Assembly (NCBI GenBank): GCA_977018835.1
Contig: OZ361257.1
Location: 1,426,001-1,490,000 of the forward strand
DNA length: 64,000 nt
Source of the DNA: Minutocellus sp. GHC0000111
Lineage: Eukaryota
Direction of reading: 5' to 3'
The translations under genes were made by a program, and so were the position numbers. The notes under the pieces were generated by a model. It was not told where the DNA came from, ran no database searches, and saw nothing but the letters and a program-made list of their open reading frames with translations. This document shows, in pieces, positions 47,365-57,298 of the stretch; the first letter of the stretch is position 1, and each line of letters starts with the position of its first letter.

Positions 47365-48471
47365 CTAAGGCATTTTACTTTCCGCTTTCTTGGCATATTT
47401 GTCGTACTTCTTTATCACTTTCTTGAGCAGACGTTTCGATATATCCTTACCGTCAGCAGTGTGGGTGGGCCTTCCGTTTTCGTCGAATTTCGAGAACTCC
47501 CCTTCGTAGTGCCCCGTGGACAGGTATTCCTTTAGGGACAAAACTCTCTCTGAATCAGAAGGTTGGGATGAACGACTTTTTGTCGTGGCGGCCACGGTCA
47601 TCCCCTTGTTCTCTCGTGGAACGCAATGTCTCCATCGACATGCTGAAGCACCATTCGAATCCTGAATAGTGCCATCCAGGATTTCTACCCCAAGAGATGG
47701 AAGAGATACGTCCCGAATGTGGTCACATAAGTTCAGTAGGTCCTTTAGCGAAGAATCGGCATAATTCCCACTTTCTCCCTTGTTTTGTTTCAATGCAGCA
47801 ATCGCTGCCAACTCCTCGATCAGAGCCTCTTCTCCTCCCTCTATTTTGCCGCTTAAGAAATTGTTGTCATCATGGGCAACGATCCCAGCTTGGACGGTCC
47901 TATCAGTGAATCCCATTATTGAAAGCTGTTTCCTCAGAGTCTCCAAAACAATTCGCATCGGCTCTACTGGTCCATTGCCAGCATCAGATGAGGAAATGTA
48001 TGCCGTTCCCGTCTCAACGAGTTTGACGATGGAATGAAGGTATGCCGCCCCATCCAAGTCAAACCCTCCTTTTGTACCTATTGATCCTATCAATGCGTGC
48101 CGGCATGATGCTGCGCAAGACGCGGCAGCTTTAGACAGCGATATATCCTCTTCATTCCAGCGACCTGTTGGTAGACTTTCTCCTAAAGACGACTCTTGGA
48201 CCCAGTCCTCCCCATCAATTAAAAATCGCACAATTTTTTGACGAATGTGGCTAGCTTCCTGTATTCTAGACTCAGAGTATGTTGCGGGCCCTCGATATGA
48301 ACCTGATATGCCTAGACACCAGAGTCGAAAGTCATCGGCTGGCGATGCCAAGGATGAAGACGAAGACGACGTCGACAGCAATTGGCGAATGGTGACAAAA
48401 TTCTTTAGTGACTTGGACATTTTCATCCCCTGAATGTGCAAGTGCTCAGTGTGAACCCAGTGCGGTATCCA
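47365..48471 (-). pseudogene. cysS: 3' half of a cysteinyl-tRNA synthetase (5' half absent)
   Basis: Begins abruptly at WIPHWVHTEHLHIQGMKMSKSLKNFVTI (class I KMSKS loop). Later motifs LCDHIRD...LGVEILD and FSKFDENGRPTHTADG. No HIGH motif and no start codon. Confidence 0.82.
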
Positions 48472-50743
48472 GCTCGAGGGCTTTGACCCGAGTCTTCCAA
48501 GAGCTCACCACTGCAGAGGAAATGTTCTTACCCTTCTTGATAGCGACGACATATCCACGCTGACGAGTCTGGGGGATGTAATACCTCTTGGAATCGACGC
48601 GAAGAAAAGTGGAATGATATCCACAGGATTCCATGAGGGCGACCATTTGGTCGAAAGGTGCACCAGAGACGTTTTCTAGGATAACAATCGGGGGCTGGGC
48701 CTTTTTGACCCAGTCAAGCATACCGCGAAATGTTTGTCCTGATTCTCCCTTCTCGTCCAGTTCTTTCTGCGAATTGTTGAGATTCGAGAAATCGACACAA
48801 GATGTACCAGCAACAAGAATGTCAACAGTTCCAGGGGTATTGGGCACTGGGGCAAGAGTTCCATAGGCTGTTGCGGCACGCTCATTGCCGAGCTCCCGGA
48901 TGTCGCGGAATAACAATGGCGGCGCAAAGTTTCTCTCGATGTAGCTCTGTTTGAAGGGCTCGATTTCACAAGAAAATACATGCTCGACCTGGAAGACGGG
49001 CTGACCCTCGGTGCCGCCGGGTAGGTCGATCTCATCGCGGCGGTGCTTCAGATAAAACTCTTCGATGCTCTTGGACAACATGTCCAGAGCCAGAACAGGA
49101 CTCTCAGTACCACTGCACATTGTGGCGACTCGGAGGGGTCGACCGGCCATCACCTTGAGGAGAGGATCCAAAATTGCCTTGTTCTTCCCACAATTACTGA
49201 GCTTGTCGAAGATCATGTCGTTGAACATCGCCTGAGGGTCAGATATAATCTCAAGGTCCGGATTCTCCGGTTGATAGGCCCGAATGGGCTTGTCTCCGTC
49301 CGACGCGCCTCCCACTGCAATGGCATTACTTGCTTTCCCTCCACAGCCACCAGTACTCTTCTTCTTTTTGCTCCCAGCCTTGATCTCGGCGCTGGTCTGC
49401 TTGTTGAGGAAGCCCCAGCCGCTGGCCATAGTCTTCTTCTTGACCTTTGGCTTCGATGTCGATGCTGCTGGCTTGGCCTTCTTGGATGCCGACGAAGAAG
49501 AAGCCGTCGCAGATTCCCCCTCAGGTTTGCGCTTGGCTGGAGACTTGCTGCTGGTGGACGATGAGAGAGGAGAGGTGGCGGTGGCTGCAGTTGTAGCTTC
49601 CTCCTTGTTCGACTGGTCAATACTGAGGCTACTCGCCGTCTTGACCTTCTTACGAGCTGGCTTCTTGGACACAACGTCTTCAAGGTCGGAATCAACCACT
49701 TCCTCCATGTCAGTATTGTCCTCGGTATCATCACCATCGTCACCATCGGTCGGATTGTAGGCATCATCATCGGTGTCAGCAGTGGCATCTTCATCTTCGT
49801 CCTCGCTGTCGTTGATAGTCTTGCGCTTGCTGTTGATTGTAGCCATCGCAGTAGGAGCCCTCGGCTCCAGATGATATCCCCTCTTGTGATACAAATTGAT
49901 GGATGCATCCAGATCTTCCCAATGCATATCCTCCGAATCGCCATCGTCATACTGGACACGCCAGAGTGCGTCGTCGGCGGCGCCGGTGTACTTGGTGATG
50001 GTTCCAAGGAAGATCTCAGGCTTACCAGTGTCTTCGTTGTTGAACACCTTGGCAACACGACGATCAATAAACTTGAGAGGGCTGCGCGCATACTTCTCGG
50101 GTATACGAGTCTGGTTGTCATCGTCATCGTCGTCGGTACCGGTACCGGTACTAGCATCATCGGAGTCGTCAATGACGGGACGCTTACTGCCAGATCTCTT
50201 GGATGGTTTGCCACTCCTCTGCTTGGACGACCTACTACTGCCCGAACCAAGCCTCTTGACGACCGTCTTGTTGGTGGGGGTCTGCATCATGTCGTCGTCA
50301 TCACTATCCTGCAGGTCGGAAGCAGACTGCTTGTTCTTTGCCTCACTGTCCTTCTTGGCAGGCACACTAGTAGTAGTATTCCCCTTCTTCTTAATGGAGG
50401 CGCCAAAGGCGGGAGTTTCGGGACTGCACGGTTCGGTGTCGGGCGTATTGGGAACGGGCGCATTGCGCTCCATGTCATTGGCGGAAGACGACGGCCGAGC
50501 GGCAGCGGCGGCGGCGTCATTGCCATTATTGTTCGTGGCCGAAGCAGCAGCAGCAGCGGAGGGGGAGAAGGACGGCGGCGCCTTATCGCTTCCACCAGAT
50601 GGCTTTGGTTTGGGCTGGGGCTTGGGCTTGGGCTTGGCAGCGGCAGCACCAAAGAAGCTCGAGATGCTCTTCTGACCGGGGAGGGGGGCCTTGGACTTGG
50701 CCTTGGCGCCCTTGGACTTGGCGCCCGCACCGCCGCCGGCCAT
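48446..50743 (-). pseudogene. DNMT5: 5' part of a DNMT5-type C5 cytosine DNA methyltransferase (PIP box, Tudor-like domain, MTase motifs), truncated before the SNF2 region
   Basis: LRVATMCSGTESP, FSCEIEPFKQSYIERNF, LFRDIRELG, LVAGTSCVDFSNLN, GESGQTF, VILENV and YYIPQTRQRGY. The ORF runs into CysRS sequence at about 48472 and stops out of frame. Confidence 0.85.
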
Positions 50744-51153
50744 GTTGTGTACGTGTTGCGATTGCTTATGACGATGTCAAAACCGGCACAAAATGTGTTC
50801 CAAACAAGTCAAGCTCGGGCCTCACAAGGAGTAGGAGATGAGCGAAGATCAGTCCCACGATGTATACTAAAGGTGACTCTCTTATCCTCTCGACTTGAAC
50901 TCGGACTCGTCTGGACTGACTGTGAAGCTGAGGATAGGAGGCCGCCGCGAGTGCCGAAATTTGAATCTCCCGCACCCGCCACCAGCTGCCCGCCACACGC
51001 CAGCCCGCTCATCAATTTTTTTCGCACCCTTTGGCGGCCTCGGCAGCCTGGCTCATTTTTCACCACCCTCCATGACATACCCGCCGCCTCGCATACAGTA
51101 CAGCAATCAACCGCACGGCATTATTGTCTCTCTCCTCCGATCATAATACAGCC

Positions 51154-52506
51154 ATGCTTTGGGTAGACAAGCACCGTCCGAACCAGCTCAAGCAGCTGTC
51201 GTACCAACCGGAGACGACCGCCCGTCTCCAATCGCTGGCGGCCGACCCCCACTCCCTCCCCGCCCCACCTCATGTTTTACGGACCCCCCGGCGCCGGGAA
51301 GAAGACGCGGATCATGTCCCTCCTCCGCGAGATCTACGGCCCGGGATCCCAGCGCCTCCGCCTCGACAAGCGGACCTTCACCACCCCGACCAAGCGGTCC
51401 ATCGAGATCAACATGATCAGCTCCAACTACCACATCGAGATCAGCCCCGGAGACGCCGGCATCAACGACCGCTACGTCGTGCAGGAGGTCATCAAGGAGA
51501 TGGCGGCCAACCGGAACATTTCCAGCGCCGCCACGTCGCTCGGCGCTAGCAGCAAGAGCGGCGGAGCCGATGGCGCCGAGGGCGGTGCCGACAAGTCGAC
51601 CGGCCGGGGCAAGAACAAGGTCGACTACAAGGTTAGCCTGGGCCTGCCGGCTGACCATGGAGAAGTGCAGCGCCAGCTGCCGCCTCATCCTGTGCTGCAA
51701 CAACCAGTCCAAGGTCATCGATCCCGTCCGGTCGAGGTGTCTCGGCATCCGCGTCCCGGCTCCCAGTCATGATGATGTGAGTTATAGTATTGGCATTGGC
51801 ATTGGCATTGGAAGGAGCATTGCACTTTCTTGATCGATATTTTTATCTGGCGATGGTAGGGATCGACGGAGATCTGAACAGAGTGAGATGGAGGTTGCAT
51901 AAAATCTGTTCTAAGATCTTTGGACATTGATTGTGATATGCTGAGTATGTCTCACAATAAATCTGTTGTCGTTATATTGTCACCCATTTCTTTGTGTAAA
52001 ATGCAGATCTGCCGCGTTCTCAAGCACGTGTCTCGAAAGGAGCAGGTCACCCTCCCCGACGAGCTTTGCGTCAACATTGCTCGTGATTCCAGCCGCAACC
52101 TTCGCAGAGCTGTCCTCATGTTCGAGTCCTGCTACGTTCAAAATCGCGACCCGAACGGTGGCGGCCTCAAGGCCGATACTCCCGTCCTGCAGACGGACTG
52201 GGAGGTGTACATCAAGCAGCTGGCCGCCGACGTTACGCGCAACCAAAGTCCTCAGCACCTCCTCTCGGCCAGGGAGAAATTGTACGAGCTCCTCATCAGC
52301 GCATCCCCGCCGAAGTCATCATCAAGACCCTCGCTCTGGAGCTCATGAGGAATCTGGACGACTCTCTCAAGCACGAGGTTGTCGAGGCGGCGGCCTTCTA
52401 CGAGCACCGGATTGCCATGGGCAGCAAGGATATCTTCCACCTCGAGGCATTTCTGGCGAAGTACATGGCCCTCTACAAGCGTTACCTCAATGAATTGTTT
52501 GCCTAA
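51154..52506 (+). pseudogene. RFC3: Replication factor C 38-kDa subunit (RFC3; yeast Rfc5); intron 51777-52006; three lesions
   Basis: MLWVDKHRP, HLMFYGPPGAGKKTR, SSNYHIEISP, DRYVVQEVIKE, TMEK.SASCRLILCCN, SRCL, RNLRRA and IFHLEAFLAK. Lesions: about 4 extra nt near 51262, deletion plus inversion at 51633-51655, and a 1-nt deletion near 52300. Confidence 0.9.
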
Positions 52507-52613
52507 AGGAGAGGGAGAGGCAGCCCATTCGTTCTTTTTGGCTTGATTTTGTTTCAGCAATTTCGTTTGAATCCAAGTACCGACGAGTAAGTAAGATGGA
52601 AGGAAAGTCACGG

Positions 52614-52925
52614 GTAGATCTAGATCTACCTCAATTTACAATGAAGATCGCGAAAGATTCAGGATGGGCGACATAGACAACTACGGTAGACCAACCGGTA
52701 GTAGATCTACCTACCGGTATCGTGAACCCGAAGAAAGTTTTCAGGCAGGGCTGTCGGGATGTGTGGTCTCTCTACGAGTTCGTCGTACCGGTACATGATT
52801 ATGTTAAGCCTCGTAGACTCTACATGTACCGGTAGATAGATCTCTAGATAGGATTTCTAGGAATTGATCAAGTTGACGGACGGTGCCGTCCCTATCGGTA
52901 ACCGTAGATCTATATGTACCGTATA
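52614..52925. repeat. Densest cluster of TA-delimited micro-palindromes (TAGATCTA, TACCGGTA, TACATGTA)
   Basis: gtagatctagatctacc, accggtagtagatctacctaccggta, ctacatgtaccggtagatagatctctaga and gtagatctatatgtaccg. Confidence 0.75.
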
Positions 52926-53539
52926 CCTTTTCTTCCTCTTATACCAGAGTGTGCGTGTACAGCTGAGCTGTACGACGACTGACTCTGACTGACTCTCTTT
53001 TCAGTCGCTAGAAGTGTTTTTTGAGGTTACCGCCTCAGACAGTCGAGACACAGGGAGGTGTGCCGAGCGTCTTTGCGGCAACGAGAACGCCTCTTTGATG
53101 CGGGCATGTCACCGCGCTACGGCGCCATCGCGCGAGGCATTGATGAGAGCGCTCGCGAAAAGAGAGTTGATGGCTCCTCATCCCGAACACTGAACATAAC
53201 ACAGATACTGGCTGAAGTATTATCGTCAACGACGAAGGACGACTTGGCGGAAGCGAAGAAACTGAAAAACAAAAACTATTCAGGCGCATCACGAAAGTAA
53301 ATCAAGGTGAGACAGGGCATGCGACTGATACGAATGGTTTACGCGCTTCAGACCCGAAAGATCGATTGATTCGCAAATGAGAACCGTAGGCCGACTTTTT
53401 GATTGCGCGTTGATTTGCATTTGCTTTCGCTTATTTGAATCGAATCCTCGGCGGCCATCTCTTTTGTTTGAATTGGATGCCTTGCGTTGTACACACTTTC
53501 TCACACATTTTGGATTGTAGAACCAAAGCCAAACAATAA

Positions 53540-54581
53540 ATGCTCACATTTCTCATTCTTGCCACTTCGGTGGCCATGATCCCAGGTGAGTTTGTTTTAA
53601 GAGGGACAATATTCCATCGCTTGCACTCACCATGGGCGGGCATCGGCACATCGCATTGTGACTTTTCATGTAGAGATGTACGGTTTACAACAGCTGTTTG
53701 GTATCTATTTCAACCATGGCAAAATGCAAAAGAAATATCTCTATCATCATGTTATCGTGTACATGTATCGCTATTGTCATGGGACATTTTGAATGCATCT
53801 ATGATGCGCCAATCACTTACAATCTCATTCAATTTTGTTAAACGAATATCTTCCGCATGTAGCGTCGCACGTCACCAACGAGCATCTGCGCCACCTCCAA
53901 GGCGAACTAATCTTTTGTGAGTGCAGCGCCTCCAACTGCAACCTAGAGGAGCCATGCGCCTCAGGCTGCCGCTGCTGCACCGATCCCGGAGATGGTCCCT
54001 GCTGCGAGTGTCTCGACGAATGTCACTCCGATATGGGGATCATCGATCCTTGCGCCGATGGTTGCCCCTGCGCCGAGGGCACTCTTGAAGAGGACGATGC
54101 CGAGGTTGAGCCCCCCGAGCTCCTCTTCTGTGAGTGCAGCGCCTCCAACTGCAATCTAGAGGAGCCCTGTGCCTCGGGCTGCCGCTGCTGCACCGATCCC
54201 GGAGATGGTCCCTGCTGCGAGTGTCTCGACGAATGTCACTCCGATATGGGGATCATCGATCCTTGCGCCGAGGGCACTCTTGAAGAGGACGATGCCGAGG
54301 TTGAGCCCCCCGAGCTCCTCTTCTGTGAGTGCAGCGCCTCCAACTGCAATCTAGAGGAGCCCTGTGCCTCGGGCTGCCGCTGCTGCACCGATCCCGGAGA
54401 TGGTCCCTGCTGCGAGTGTCTCGACGAATGTCACTCCGATATGGGGATCATCGATCCTTGCGCCGATGGTTGCCCCTGCGCCGAGGGCACTCTTGAAGAG
54501 GAAGATCCAGATTCATCAAGTGCTTTCGTTCCACTCCTGACACTGACGGTGGCTGCCGTCATGTTCCCTCAAATCATTTAA
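53540..54581 (+). CDS. Secreted, probably GPI-anchored acidic Cys-rich triple-repeat protein; exons 53540-53585 and 53863-54581
   Basis: A phase-1 GT-AG intron (53586-53862) joins signal peptide MLTFLILATSVAMIPA to ...LRHLQ (RXL). Three CECSASNC...CRCC...CCEC repeats follow, then SSSA plus a hydrophobic C-terminus. Confidence 0.8.
53916..54502 (+). repeat. Three nearly identical tandem coding repeats (213-bp unit; unit 2 is 195 bp)
   Basis: Units start with tgtgagtgcagcgcc at 53916, 54129 and 54324. Unit 2 lacks 18 bp between two tgcgccga microhomologies. Confidence 0.92.
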
Positions 54582-55390
54582 ATTTCGCGACTCATTGTCA
54601 CATCGAGGCTTGACGGGGGGAAATGGCGCCAATCGCAAAGATACCGTGGTCTCCAATACAATAGCAGAGAATTGTACTACAAAAGATGAAAGATTCAGTT
54701 GATTGATTTCCAGCGGAAGAAAGAGCAATACACGCAAACGAACAGATGATCAAAAGAGCAATACGAAGAAAGATATCACGCATCCACAAGTAAGCTTTTT
54801 GAAGCCCTTATTCAGACAAATTAGATCTTAGAAAGACATAGTCGATTGGTACCTTTGAACAATGTTACAAATCAGTCACTAGCTAGGAGTAGGATAATCG
54901 CTCGAAAGCAAACGGCCAAATCGTGACAACCGGCGACGGGCATAACATCCATGCTATGAGCTGCCATGCATGCCCACTGCCATAGCAGCTGATTATATAC
55001 CGAAGAAAATAGGGCACCGCCGAGCAAGACGAGTATCATCGTGAACCACTGCCACCACCTTGATGACTCCTGTAGACACATTTGGGGTTATCCCCTTCGA
55101 AAGGACTCATGCGTGCGTCTCGCATTACTGGCCGCTCCTCCGATCTCATATCCTACCAGACCCGACACAAGATTCTCCATAAAATGCGACCAACCTCCGC
55201 GGTGAACCTACTTTTGCCGGTCACATTTGACATTTTAGTAGAATACTGCAGGGTAGTCGTAGCGATAATCACGTGCTTGCACTTGTAACATTCACGAATC
55301 CCAAGTTTGTGTGATGTACATTACATAGCTGGCTGCGTATCACTCTATTGCATTGCAGCTGAGAAAGACTAGCTACGTAGTAGTAGCTAG

Positions 55391-55762
55391 CTAGCCTGGA
55401 ATTCCATATTCAAACATAATATTCTGCTCTGGCTGCTCCTGGCAATGGAACGAGTCCGACCACCTCGTCACTTGTTCCGCAAATTCCTCCGTAACGCAGG
55501 CCCCGCCATACTCGTCTGTATCGCACCAAGCGCACCCATCGAGTTGCAGGCACGTTGCCTTCTCCCACCCCCGCAAAGCGCACTGAAAGGTCCAGGGACC
55601 AGGGGGAGGAGGAGGCTGCGTTGGCGGCGCTGCTGCTGTGCCAGGTGAATGTTGTGCCTCTTTACCAGAGTGACGAAGCGCTGGCAGAGCTTGTGCCACT
55701 GATCTGGTACCGCAAGCGATAACTACTACGATGGGCAGGGAGCATCGAAGGGACGACTCCAT
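55391..55762 (-). CDS. Small secreted protein with a Cys-containing (PSI-like) module
   Basis: Hydrophobic N-terminus, Pro linker, then CALRGWEKATCLQLDGCAWCDTDEYGGACV. Confidence 0.55.
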   Translation of the reverse strand: MESSLRCSLPIVVVIACGTRSVAQALPALRHSGKEAQHSPGTAAAPPTQPPPPPGPWTFQCALRGWEKATCLQLDGCAWCDTDEYGGACVTEEFAEQVTRWSDSFHCQEQPEQNIMFEYGIPG

Positions 55763-55936
55763 TGTTGGGCCAAGTCAAGTCAATTTGTTGAGCATCTCAA
55801 TCTCCATCCATCCAGCCAGCGCCACGCCACTCCGCGCAACCGCAACAAAGGGCCTGCCTGACGACCGACGACAGAGAAAAGGCCTTATCGCCGCCTCGCT
55901 CCCGCCCGCCCGCCCCGCCCCCAGCACTCCAGCAAA

Positions 55937-57259
55937 ATGGTGCCACCGCCCAAACGAACGATCCTCGGCCAGGACCCAGAGGTCCTGCTTGCGCTGTGGG
56001 CCAACGTACTCTCGTGGTTTGTTTCGACGTTTGCCCCATCACTCTTACCCCGCCTCCTTCCATCTGCATGTGACGAGGAGGATGACAGCGCCAGCACCAG
56101 CTCGACCGCCACCAATCGCACTCAATGCATCTCCATCGGACGGCCCGGTGGCAGCGAGCAGCTACGTTTGGTGATGCTGCGGCCATCGGTGGTGACGGTT
56201 GGTTACAATCTCTCCGATCGCTTCTGCAAGCCGCCCTACACCCCGCCTCTGTCTTCGGATGATATCATCCCGGATGACTGTGTCATTCTCGCAAATGAGG
56301 CCTTCTCAGTGAATTACGCGGATGTATGCATTCGATGGGGTTTATATGAATCGGCGAAGCGCTTTGTTGGCTATCCCATCGTCCCGGGCTTTGATGTGGC
56401 TGGGCGAGTGGTCAAAGTGGGCTCCAAAGTTACGACTCTGAAACCTGGTGATCGGGTGTTTGGCTGCACCCTGTTCGGTGCCTACAGTTCCCGTGTGCTC
56501 ATCCCAGAGATGCAGCTTCGTCCGATCCCTGACGGTCTCAGCATGGGCAGAGCAGCAGCCCTGCCGGCGGTATCGCTGACGGCATTGCATGCATTGAGCC
56601 TTGCTGGTCATTTCGCAGAGAAGAGCAAATACAGCAACAAGGCGATCCTTATCCACTCGGCTGCGGGCGGCGTTGGCTCGATGCTGGTGCAGATGAGCAA
56701 GATCTTGGGCCTCGGCCCCGTCGTTGGTGTTGTGGGATCATCTTCCAAGGTTGATGAGGCCAAAAGTTTGGGCTGCGATGTTGTCATCGATAAAAGTACC
56801 GAAGACTTGTGGGACGCAGCAAAACGAGCAGCTCCCTCTGGATATTCAACTGTTATGGACGCCAACGGAGTATCGACACTAAAGCAATCGTATGATCATC
56901 TCGCTGCAACAGGTCGTCTAATTGTATTTGGATTTCATTCCAATCTACCCATGGGCAAGTCTGCATTGGACCCATTGCAGTGGATCAAGATGGCCTCAAA
57001 GGCAAATAAGATGCCGACATTTGATGCGATGGACATGGTCACAAGCAACAAAAGTGTCCTTGGATTCAATTTATCCTTTTTTGCTGATGAATCCGATATC
57101 GTCTCAGATCTCTTTGATCAGATTTGTGCCTGGCTCAAGTACGACAAATTGAAGGTTCCGAGAGTAACCGAACTAGAGATGGAAAGAATCGTCGAGGCGC
57201 ACGAACTCATACAAAGTGGAAAATCGGTTGGCAAGATTGTTATAAAGATAGTTCCGTAA
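55937..57259 (+). CDS. VAT-1-like medium-chain dehydrogenase/reductase (NADPH:quinone oxidoreductase family)
   Basis: SVNYADVCIRWGLY, PIVPGFDVAG, ILIHSAAGGVGS, NKSVLGFNL and AHELIQSGKSVGKIV. Confidence 0.88.
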   Translation: MVPPPKRTILGQDPEVLLALWANVLSWFVSTFAPSLLPRLLPSACDEEDDSASTSSTATNRTQCISIGRPGGSEQLRLVMLRPSVVTVGYNLSDRFCKPPYTPPLSSDDIIPDDCVILANEAFSVNYADVCIRWGLYESAKRFVGYPIVPGFDVAGRVVKVGSKVTTLKPGDRVFGCTLFGAYSSRVLIPEMQLRPIPDGLSMGRAAALPAVSLTALHALSLAGHFAEKSKYSNKAILIHSAAGGVGSMLVQMSKILGLGPVVGVVGSSSKVDEAKSLGCDVVIDKSTEDLWDAAKRAAPSGYSTVMDANGVSTLKQSYDHLAATGRLIVFGFHSNLPMGKSALDPLQWIKMASKANKMPTFDAMDMVTSNKSVLGFNLSFFADESDIVSDLFDQICAWLKYDKLKVPRVTELEMERIVEAHELIQSGKSVGKIVIKIVP

Positions 57260-57298
57260 CAATTCAGGTTAAAAAAACAAAAAGCTATTACGTAATAA

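Noticed and set aside
47365..50743. Functional DNMT5-CysRS fusion protein
   Set aside because: The junction is out of frame (DNMT5 stops at 48446), there is no intron to restore it, and both halves lack essential domains.
53916..54502. CRISPR-like or satellite array
   Set aside because: The units are in-frame coding repeats without unique spacers, there are no cas genes, and the context is eukaryotic.
52990..55360. Short ORFs flanking the Cys-rich gene (53058-53300, 54872-55081, 55082-55288)
   Set aside because: Short, with non-ATG starts and no motif support. They could be relics, but I cannot support a call.
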